From NCBI GenBank assembly GCA_041548245.1, contig JBFESZ010000002.1, positions 3,502-67,501 of the forward strand: a stretch of 64,000 nt of DNA, given 5' to 3'. Below, one piece after another: positions 45,687 through 53,141 of the stretch. The position numbers and the translations under genes were made by a program. This DNA comes from Sulfurimonadaceae bacterium. Lineage in GTDB: Bacteria > Campylobacterota > Campylobacteria > Campylobacterales > Sulfurimonadaceae. The notes below the pieces were generated by a model. It made no database searches. It saw nothing but the letters and a program-made list of their open reading frames with translations, and was not told the DNA's origin. The first letter of the stretch is position 1, and each line of letters opens with the position of its first letter.

Positions 45687-46813
45687 TGACAAAGGTATAT
45701 ATCTATCTTGAAAATGGGACGTATCTAGAAGCAGACAGTTTCGGTGCAGAGAAAACAGCAGTCGGTGAGATAGTTTTCAATACCTCCCTGACAGGTTATC
45801 AGGAGATCACGTCGGATCCTTCATATGCCGGTCAGTTCGTTACTTTTACAATGCCAGAGATCGGAAACGTTGGTGTTAATGATGAAGATATGGAATCCAA
45901 AGGTGCCTTTACTAAAGGTATAATCGTCCGTACCTACCAGGAACGTTATTCTAATTTTCGTGCGACAGACTCCTTAGAAAAATTCTTAAAAGAGCAGGGT
46001 GTCATGGGCATTTGCAATATTGACACACGTTACCTGACTAAGATGTTGCGTTCAGAAGGCGCGATGATGATGATCGCTTCAACGGATATATCGGATAAGG
46101 AAGAACTGAAAAAAGTCCTTGAAAGCTCACCTCGCATCGAAGATGTGAACTACATTGAAGAAGTCAGTACAAAAGTGGCTTACAAACATACACATGGGAC
46201 TTATGATGCCGTCAACTTTAAGTACAACGAGGCTCCGCAAGCCAAAGCTAAAATCGTGGCCATTGACTTTGGTGTCAAGCGTAATATTCTAAACGAGCTG
46301 ACACAAGCCGGTATGGATGTAGAGGTTATACCGAATAATTTCAATGCTGACGAACTCATTCAGCGTGTCTCCGATGGTGAACTTGATGGAGTCTTCCTGT
46401 CAAACGGTCCGGGAGATCCTCTTGTACTGAAAAAAGAGCAAGAACAGATCAAAAAGCTGATCGCAGCCAAAGTCCCTATGTTCGGTATTTGTCTGGGTCA
46501 TCAATTACTCTCTATTTCACATGGCTATGATACGTATAAATTGAAGTTCGGCCATCATGGCGGAAACCATCCGGTAAAGAATGAGAAGACGGGGATGGTC
46601 GAGATCACGGCACAAAACCATAACTACAATGTCCCGGATAATATCACTGAGATAGCGGATGTAACACATACCAACCTTTTTGACAATACCATTGAAGGCC
46701 TAAAGTACAAAAGCGGTCATGTCTTCTCTGTTCAGCATCATCCGGAATCGAGCCCAGGGCCAAAAGAGAGTGCCTATATATTTTCGCAGTTTATTGATTT
46801 GATGGGAAAATAG
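45686..46813 (+). CDS. carA: Carbamoyl-phosphate synthase small (glutaminase) subunit
   Basis: GYQE..TDPSY.GQ N-domain. GATase triad context GICLGHQ and HHPE. 375 aa. Confidence 0.95.
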   Translation: MTKVYIYLENGTYLEADSFGAEKTAVGEIVFNTSLTGYQEITSDPSYAGQFVTFTMPEIGNVGVNDEDMESKGAFTKGIIVRTYQERYSNFRATDSLEKFLKEQGVMGICNIDTRYLTKMLRSEGAMMMIASTDISDKEELKKVLESSPRIEDVNYIEEVSTKVAYKHTHGTYDAVNFKYNEAPQAKAKIVAIDFGVKRNILNELTQAGMDVEVIPNNFNADELIQRVSDGELDGVFLSNGPGDPLVLKKEQEQIKKLIAAKVPMFGICLGHQLLSISHGYDTYKLKFGHHGGNHPVKNEKTGMVEITAQNHNYNVPDNITEIADVTHTNLFDNTIEGLKYKSGHVFSVQHHPESSPGPKESAYIFSQFIDLMGK

Positions 46814-46930
46814 ACGAAGTGTATTGCTTACGCAGAGATTTCTTTTAACATAAGAATTTTATGGATGTTAACACTTTTGTAACACTATATTGCTAGACTT
46901 ACATTTCAAAGCCAAATTATAAAGCTCCCT

Positions 46931-46959
46931 AAGCCCATATCTCTCCTTTGGGCTTTTTT
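46931..46959 (+). terminator. Rho-independent terminator ~120 nt downstream of carA
   Basis: AAGCCCA-(11 nt)-TGGGCTT, a 7-bp stem running directly into TTTTTT. Confidence 0.6.
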
Positions 46960-46988
46960 CTTAACAAGTTTCAACACAAGGAATAAGA

Positions 46989-47741
46989 GTGAATTTTTAC
47001 GAGTATGGATCCTTGGAACTTTTAGCGATATTGGCCTTTGGTTTTTTTGGAAGCTTGGGGCATTGTGTCGGGATGTGCGGTGGTTTCATCGTCTCATATA
47101 CTGCAGCCAAGATGGACGCATCTACTTCAAAAATATCACAGGCAAGCGGACATGCCTTCTACAATATGGGACGAATTGGTTCGTATACGTTTTTAGGAGC
47201 TCTCTTTGGTTTCTTCGGGTCATTATGGGATGCAACCCCAATGATGCGTATGATTATGTTCGCTGTTGCTGGCTTCATGATGATCATTATGGGATTGTCG
47301 CTTTCTGGCCGATTGAAACTGTTGTCATATATCGAGTATCCGATTACACGGACACAATGGTTCAAAAAACTGTTTTTTTCCCAATTAAATTCCCGCTCTA
47401 AGTTTAGCTTTTTTACTCTGGGCATTTTAAATGGTTTTTTCCCTTGCGGATTGGTCTATACAATGCTGATCACAGCTGTTGCAACAAAATCAGCATTATT
47501 GGGTGCTACAGTGATGTTACTTTTTGGAATGGCTACAATTCCTACACTTTTTAGTTTAGGCTTTCTTGTCGGTTTTATTTCACAAAACCGATTTCGCCAT
47601 ATTATGATTGAGATATCAGCTTTAATTATAGTACTTTATGGAGGTCTGACACTCTACAAAGCTTATCTAAATTATAATAATTATTTGTCCGTAACCGAAA
47701 ACAAAGCGCATGAGTGTGCTATTGGAAAATGCGGAGTATAA
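46989..47741 (+). CDS. DsbD_2 / TauE-SafE-like integral membrane protein
   Basis: 250 aa with about 6-7 TM helices. HCVGMCGGF motif in TM1 and FPCG in a later helix, as in DsbD_2-type proteins that accompany cbb3 assembly genes. GTG start with AAGGA SD. Confidence 0.6.
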   Translation: MNFYEYGSLELLAILAFGFFGSLGHCVGMCGGFIVSYTAAKMDASTSKISQASGHAFYNMGRIGSYTFLGALFGFFGSLWDATPMMRMIMFAVAGFMMIIMGLSLSGRLKLLSYIEYPITRTQWFKKLFFSQLNSRSKFSFFTLGILNGFFPCGLVYTMLITAVATKSALLGATVMLLFGMATIPTLFSLGFLVGFISQNRFRHIMIEISALIIVLYGGLTLYKAYLNYNNYLSVTENKAHECAIGKCGV

Positions 47742-47970
47742 TCTATCTTTATTTTAAAACAAACTACACATTAACTAAAAAAAGTGTTTCCTTCTGCTTA
47801 AAATCCCTCTTAACTCCCTTATACAGGGTGTTATAAAGCATAAGTAATACTTATCTTAATTAAATATAAATATTTTTTACTAGATATCACATTTTTATCT
47901 CATATTAAACTTTTAAGAAAACTTGATATTTTTTATGTTACTATACTTTGTGATTTAGGTAACTTTTATG

Positions 47971-48007
47971 CTTTGTCGTCTATCTTGTTATGTGAAAGAT
48001 GACAAAG
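47971..48007 (+). promoter_or_regulatory. 10-bp inverted repeat (one G-U) with 17-nt spacer, 43 nt upstream of the ccoN start
   Basis: CTTTGTCGTC ... GATGACAAAG lies inside a 309-nt AT-rich intergenic region. A TATACT -10-like hexamer sits at 47942-47947. Confidence 0.4.
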
Positions 48008-48050
48008 TATAAGAGTGCTTAGGCTTTGAATTTCGAAAAAGGGAGCTTAT

Positions 48051-49526
48051 ATGGAGAATCGTCCATTAGAATACGATTATACAGTAGCTAAGATGTTTAT
48101 GATGTCTGCACTGTTATTCGGATTTATCGGTATGTTATTAGGTGTAGTTCTTGCCTTACAAATGGCATGGCCAGAGTTTAATTATATTCTAGGTGACACA
48201 CTGGCTGAGTATATCAACTTCAGTCGTATCAGACCAATCCACACATCAGGTGTAATCTTTGGATTTACATTAAGTGGTATTTTTGCAGGTTGGTATTATA
48301 TAGGGCAACGTGTTCTAAAAGTCTCTATGGCTGAGTCTAAGTTCTTGATGACAGTTGGAAAACTCCACTTCTGGACTTATTTTTTAGCTATCTTACTTGC
48401 TGTCGTTACTCTGTTTTTAGGTATCGGTCAATCCAATGAATATTCTGAATTGGAATGGCCTTTAGATATCGTCATCGTTATCTTTTGGGTATTCTGGGGA
48501 CTGGGTATTGCCGGATTGGTCGGTATTCGTAGAGAGAAGGTGCTATATGTATCTATGTGGTACTTCATGGCATCATTCCTCGCGGTTGCAATGCTGTTTA
48601 TCATGAACAACATGGTTATCCCGACCTATTTTGTTGCAGGCGCAGGTGATATTATGAATGGTGTGTCTGTTTACTCAGGTACATCAGGTGCAATGGTACA
48701 ATGGTGGTTTGGTCACAATGCAGTTGGTTTCGTTTTAACGGTTCCTCTTGTCGGTATGATCTACTACTTCCTTCCAAAAGAGTCGGGTCAAGCAGTTTAT
48801 TCGTATAAACTCTCTTTGCTTGGATTCTGGTCATTGATGTTTGTATATGTATGGGCAGGTGGTCACCACCTTATCTACTCTACTGTTCCAGACTGGATGC
48901 AGACAATGGGTTCAATTTTCTCTGTAATCTTGATCCTGCCTTCTTGGGGTTCTGCTATCAACTTACTTCTTACCATGAAGGGTGAGTGGAGACAAGTCGC
49001 TGAGAATCCAATTATCAAATTCTTGATTCTTTCATCAACGTTCTATATGTTCTCAACGATTGAAGGACCAATTCAGTCAATCAAATCGGTAAATGCTATC
49101 GCACACTTTACCGAATGGATCGTTGGTCATGTACATGATGGTGCTCTTGGTTGGGTAGGGTTCATTGTTATGGCTTCACTTTACCATATGGCACCACGTG
49201 TCTTTAAGCGTGAGATCTACTCTAAGGCATTGATGAACACTCAGTTCTGGCTTCAGACTCTTGGTGTTATCCTTTATTTCACATCTATGTGGATCGCAGG
49301 TATCACTCAAGGTATGATGTGGCGTGCGGTCGATGAGTTTGGTAATCTTGCTTACTCATTTATCGATTCAGTTGATGCACTTCATGTTTACTATATTATC
49401 CGTGCTGTGGGTGGTATCCTTTACCTTGCTGGTTTTGTGATCTTTATCTATAACATCATCAAGACTATGTCGGCTCGTCCTGTTGAGGAACGTGAGCTTC
49501 AAAATGCTTCGCCTATGGCAGCGTAG
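48051..49526 (+). CDS. ccoN: Cytochrome c oxidase cbb3-type subunit I
   Basis: Heme-copper His ligands (WWFGHNAVGF, GGHHL, HFTEWIVGHVH). 12+ TM helices. 491 aa. Confidence 0.96.
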   Translation: MENRPLEYDYTVAKMFMMSALLFGFIGMLLGVVLALQMAWPEFNYILGDTLAEYINFSRIRPIHTSGVIFGFTLSGIFAGWYYIGQRVLKVSMAESKFLMTVGKLHFWTYFLAILLAVVTLFLGIGQSNEYSELEWPLDIVIVIFWVFWGLGIAGLVGIRREKVLYVSMWYFMASFLAVAMLFIMNNMVIPTYFVAGAGDIMNGVSVYSGTSGAMVQWWFGHNAVGFVLTVPLVGMIYYFLPKESGQAVYSYKLSLLGFWSLMFVYVWAGGHHLIYSTVPDWMQTMGSIFSVILILPSWGSAINLLLTMKGEWRQVAENPIIKFLILSSTFYMFSTIEGPIQSIKSVNAIAHFTEWIVGHVHDGALGWVGFIVMASLYHMAPRVFKREIYSKALMNTQFWLQTLGVILYFTSMWIAGITQGMMWRAVDEFGNLAYSFIDSVDALHVYYIIRAVGGILYLAGFVIFIYNIIKTMSARPVEERELQNASPMAA

Positions 49527-49541
49527 GAAAAGGGAGAAAAT

Positions 49542-50234
49542 ATGTTTCATTGGTTAGAAGAACGTCCATTCTTTTTCGGCGTTGGTATATTCGTAGTTAT
49601 CGCATTTGCTGGTTTGGTTATGATCATTCCCCATTTCATTCAGCAATCACGTCCTCTTATCGGGACAAAGCCATACACGACACTTGAATTGGCAGGCCGT
49701 CATGTATATATTAAAGAGAGCTGTAACGCATGTCATTCTCAGCTGATTCGTCCATTTAAGAGTGAGACAGATCGTTATGGTACTTATTCATTAAGCGGTG
49801 AGTATGCATATGATCGTCCTTTCCTTTGGGGTTCTAAGCGTACTGGTCCGGACCTTATGCGTGTGGGTAACTATCGTACGACTGACTGGCATGAGAATCA
49901 CATGATGGACCCTGCCGCGGTTGTACCGGGTTCTATCATGCCAAAATATCCGTGGACATTTACGAATGAGGCAGATGTAGATACGGCATGGGCTGAAGCG
50001 GTAACCGTAAATAAAGTATTTAATGTACCGTATAACAAAGATATCCCAATGTTAGACGGTTCGACAACTCAGGTTTCTTTGGCTGCAACAGTTGAAGAGG
50101 CTCGCGCTGAAGCTTTAGCTGATGCTAAACTGGTCGCTGCTGAGATGAAAAACCAAGATGTAAAAGATATGGTTGCGGCAGGAAAGATTCCTGAAATCGT
50201 AGCTTTGATTGCATATCTGAATTCACTGAAGTAA
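49542..50234 (+). CDS. ccoO: Cytochrome c oxidase cbb3-type subunit II (monoheme)
   Basis: N-terminal TM anchor, CNACHSQ heme c site, GPDL and MP.Y motifs. 230 aa. Confidence 0.95.
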   Translation: MFHWLEERPFFFGVGIFVVIAFAGLVMIIPHFIQQSRPLIGTKPYTTLELAGRHVYIKESCNACHSQLIRPFKSETDRYGTYSLSGEYAYDRPFLWGSKRTGPDLMRVGNYRTTDWHENHMMDPAAVVPGSIMPKYPWTFTNEADVDTAWAEAVTVNKVFNVPYNKDIPMLDGSTTQVSLAATVEEARAEALADAKLVAAEMKNQDVKDMVAAGKIPEIVALIAYLNSLK

Positions 50235-50244
50235 GAAGCATAGT

Positions 50245-50475
50245 ATGACTCTGGGTGAATTTTCGCATTACGGATATTTTGTATTGACAATCTTTTTGAC
50301 TGTTATGTTATGGGGGTATATTTTTCACCTGTACCGTGCAGAGAGAAAAGGGACGAGAAATTACGAGCAATATGGAAAGATAGCTGTTGATGATGAGATT
50401 TCAGACGAGTTAGTTGAAAAAAAAGAAGAGGACTCTGAAAAAGAGGACTCCAACGAGATAGGGAGAGATAAATGA
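50245..50475 (+). CDS. ccoQ: cbb3-type oxidase small subunit CcoQ-like
   Basis: 76 aa with a single TM helix then an acidic tail. Located between ccoO and ccoP, with an ATGA overlap with ccoP. Confidence 0.7.
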   Translation: MTLGEFSHYGYFVLTIFLTVMLWGYIFHLYRAERKGTRNYEQYGKIAVDDEISDELVEKKEEDSEKEDSNEIGRDK

Positions 50476-51515
50476 AAAATTTATGGATTTTCGGTATCGT
50501 ACTGATCGTCGTTCTAATTGCAGGTACATATGCTGTTGTCGGCGATATGATGGGTGATGATATTGTCAATTTACTGGCTTTGCTAGGTGCAGCAGCTATT
50601 GTAATTATTGCTGTCGTAGTAATCATGTCATATGTTAAGCAGATGAAGGATGCTACAGCAACGGGAGAACTAGTAGACGAGAATTGGGACGGTATTGGTG
50701 AATACAATAACCTTGCACCTGTTGGATGGGCGCTTTCTATTATTGCTCTGATGATCTGGGGTATGTGGTATATGACTATTGGGTATCCTCTAAACGAATA
50801 TTCTCAATTGGGAGAATACAACGAGGACTCTGCTAAAGCAAATGCAAAAATGAAAGAGCAGTTTGACAAGATGACAGATACGCAAAAGCTCAAGATGGGT
50901 GAGGGTATCTTTGCTGTTCAGTGTTCCCCTTGTCATGGGCCTCAAGGGCAAGGACAAGAAAACTACTCAACAGGCCAGTTGACGGCTGAGAACCTTACTC
51001 AGCGCAATATGAGCAAGACATATGTTGAGAAAGTGATCCGTGAGGGTTCTATGCAGCTTGGTTATGATGGTGGAATGCCACCGTTCCTGTTGCAAGACGA
51101 TGCAGAGATCGATACCGTATCGACTTATGTAGCGAACGGATTTAAAGATGAAGAGGGTTCAACTGCAGGTAGAGATATCTTCAGTGCAGCATGTGCATCA
51201 TGTCATGGTGGTGCTCTGGCTGAGGGCATCAAAGGGTACAAGAGCTGGGGTAACAAGCCTGATGAAGACACAGCAGGTGTGGAAGGTTATTCTAACCCGT
51301 GTGAAGGTGAAGAGTGTATTGGTCAAGGTCAATCAGGTGTTGCACCAAGTCTTAAAAACTACAATTCTTGTCTTGTGGACAACCTTTTAAGAAAAGGGAT
51401 GAAAAAAGGCGAGATTGGTGTTATGCCGGCATTTGGTGAAATGTTGACTATACCTCAGATCGAAGCTGTGTCTGCCTATGTCGCACACGGTACAGACAAA
51501 GAAATTGAAGAGTAG
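50472..51515 (+). CDS. ccoP: Cytochrome c oxidase cbb3-type subunit III (diheme)
   Basis: FixP_N-like segment (WDGIGEYNN.AP.GW). Two heme c sites, CSPCHG and CASCHG, each followed by MPPF/MPAF. 347 aa. Confidence 0.9.
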   Translation: MKNLWIFGIVLIVVLIAGTYAVVGDMMGDDIVNLLALLGAAAIVIIAVVVIMSYVKQMKDATATGELVDENWDGIGEYNNLAPVGWALSIIALMIWGMWYMTIGYPLNEYSQLGEYNEDSAKANAKMKEQFDKMTDTQKLKMGEGIFAVQCSPCHGPQGQGQENYSTGQLTAENLTQRNMSKTYVEKVIREGSMQLGYDGGMPPFLLQDDAEIDTVSTYVANGFKDEEGSTAGRDIFSAACASCHGGALAEGIKGYKSWGNKPDEDTAGVEGYSNPCEGEECIGQGQSGVAPSLKNYNSCLVDNLLRKGMKKGEIGVMPAFGEMLTIPQIEAVSAYVAHGTDKEIEE

Positions 51516-51524
51516 GGGTGAGAT

Positions 51525-51758
51525 ATGGAACGTAGAAGTATTTTTGCACTACACGGGATAACAGGGATGCTAGTAGCAACAGTATTGTTGCTTGTGGTCG
51601 AGGGAACATTAGTTTTCTTGGCAGTTGGTGTTCAACAAGATGTTGCACAAGATTATTATTATATTGAAGATGCGAAAAGTATCAAGATGTTTGCTGCTGA
51701 AAACGCTGAGCATGTTGTGCTTCATAAAGATAAGCCATACGCACAAAAGGATAAATAA
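51525..51758 (+). CDS. Small membrane protein following ccoP (DUF4006-like)
   Basis: 77 aa. LHGITGMLVATVLLLVV is a single TM helix. The family name is recalled from Campylobacter/Helicobacter cco operons. Confidence 0.55.
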   Translation: MERRSIFALHGITGMLVATVLLLVVEGTLVFLAVGVQQDVAQDYYYIEDAKSIKMFAAENAEHVVLHKDKPYAQKDK

Positions 51759-51853
51759 TGAGATTAGATGTAATTGTCGGTTTTGGTCTGTTTGCTATGG
51801 CAATGTTTACGATTTATGCGGTAGTCGTGGCTGATCACCTTTATGTTGGTTAA
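51758..51853 (+). CDS. 31-aa hydrophobic micro-ORF, translationally coupled (TAATG) to the preceding gene
   Basis: Not in the ORF track because it is under 60 aa. Read directly: ATG 51758 ... TAA 51851-51853 = MRLDVIVGFGLFAMAMFTIYAVVVADHLYVG, one TM helix. Confidence 0.4.
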   Translation: MRLDVIVGFGLFAMAMFTIYAVVVADHLYVG

Positions 51854-51863
51854 GGATTAATCT

Positions 51864-52499
51864 TTGAAGATTTATCGAGGGCTTATTGCCCTCATCACAA
51901 TGCTTTCTTTTATACAACCTCTACAGGCAAAGTTTGTTGTTGTTGATGAAGTTGTGAAAAATAAAGCATTCAATGAACAAGTCGAACCCATGGGTGAAGA
52001 GCTCTCAGCAAAGACCGGAATCAATGTCTATATGAGTCTTGTGAAAGAGCTTGATGATAATCAAACGATTATTGATTATCAAAAAGAGTTGATCCAAACA
52101 TTAAAAGAACCTGCTGTACTTTTCTCTTTTGTTGAGAATAACAAGCAGGTTCAGATCTATGCAGAGGATAAGTCACTTTACAAGACTTTTAATAGAGATC
52201 AAATTATGGATCCCTTGGCTATTTGGCCTTTTTTTAACGGAAGAGTCATTCCCGTTATTTCAGCTAAAGCGCCGCCAGAAGTCGAAGAAAAAGACAAATA
52301 TGCGGTGGCCATGTTTAACGGTTATGCCGAGATCGTAGAACAGATTGCTGAAAGCAAAGGTGTCATCTTAGAAACGGCAATTGGCGACACGAATAAAAAT
52401 GTATATAAAGTGCTTATCACTTTGCTTTTTACAGTGTCATTTATTACTGTGATAAAACTCGCTCGTGATGCGTACAAAAGAAGGAAGAACAATGCGTAA
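51864..52499 (+). CDS. Hypothetical exported protein with C-terminal membrane anchor
   Basis: Signal peptide (ALITMLSFIQPLQA) and a C-terminal TM helix plus basic tail. TTG start with AAGGA 7 nt upstream. No family recognised with confidence. Confidence 0.5.
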   Translation: MKIYRGLIALITMLSFIQPLQAKFVVVDEVVKNKAFNEQVEPMGEELSAKTGINVYMSLVKELDDNQTIIDYQKELIQTLKEPAVLFSFVENNKQVQIYAEDKSLYKTFNRDQIMDPLAIWPFFNGRVIPVISAKAPPEVEEKDKYAVAMFNGYAEIVEQIAESKGVILETAIGDTNKNVYKVLITLLFTVSFITVIKLARDAYKRRKNNA

Positions 52500-53046
52500 C
52501 GGAATGCAGTGGCCGGTAGGTATCATCAGTTCGATTATTTTGATCGTTATTGCTTGTGCAGTGACAGTCTACCTCGCACTTTTACAACCGGTTAAAGAAG
52601 ACAAGGATATGATGCTGGGCTATCATGCACTCGATAGTAATGCCAACGAGCTTATAGCTGCTACAATTTTATTCAATAAAAAATACAGACTGACCTATAC
52701 GGGAGAAGGTGTATCGACGGATGGATCGACACTCTCATACAGAGTAGAAGACAGTGATGGAAACCCTGTTAACGATGCGCTTATAGAAGTGGTAGTTACA
52801 CGTCCGGTTGTCACAGAAGAAAACCTTGTATTGAAAAATCCGGATGTTGAAAACGGAAACTATGTCTTCAAAAATGTCAAAGTGGCAGAAAAAGGCCGTT
52901 GGAATATCTTGGCAAAAGTCACGGTAGGAAATGATTTCCGTCACATGAATCTTAAGTCGGATACCCTGCAAAAAAATGTTTTTGAATACGGTCTGGATAA
53001 ACCGATGCGAAACTTTTCGGCAAATGGCGGCCGAAGAGTTTTATAA
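52492..53046 (+). CDS. FixH-like membrane-anchored protein
   Basis: N-terminal WPVGIISSIILIVIACAVTVYLA anchor, then a beta-rich ~150-aa domain (NGNYVF... GRWNI...), as in FixH/CcoH-type proteins. ATG 52492 has AAGGAAG 5 nt upstream and overlaps the preceding stop; the track starts at 52465. Confidence 0.45.
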   Translation: MRNGMQWPVGIISSIILIVIACAVTVYLALLQPVKEDKDMMLGYHALDSNANELIAATILFNKKYRLTYTGEGVSTDGSTLSYRVEDSDGNPVNDALIEVVVTRPVVTEENLVLKNPDVENGNYVFKNVKVAEKGRWNILAKVTVGNDFRHMNLKSDTLQKNVFEYGLDKPMRNFSANGGRRVL

Positions 53047-53141
53047 GAGTCATTTGTCATCATTTTCGTGATCGGGAATTTTCTATTGTATAATTGGCTC
53101 TAAACGATTAGTAGATAACTAGAAAATTTTCAGGGCTGTCA

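Noticed and set aside
47742-48050. FNR/CRP-type box (TTGAT-N4-ATCAA) upstream of ccoN
   Set aside because: Only a left half-site, TTGAT (…AACTTGATATTTTTTAT…), is present without a matching right half. This is not convincing in AT-rich DNA.
51625-51834. 69-aa ORF in an alternative frame over the post-ccoP small genes
   Set aside because: The frame competes with two translationally coupled hydrophobic ORFs that make better biological sense. Its product is not membrane-like and has no SD.
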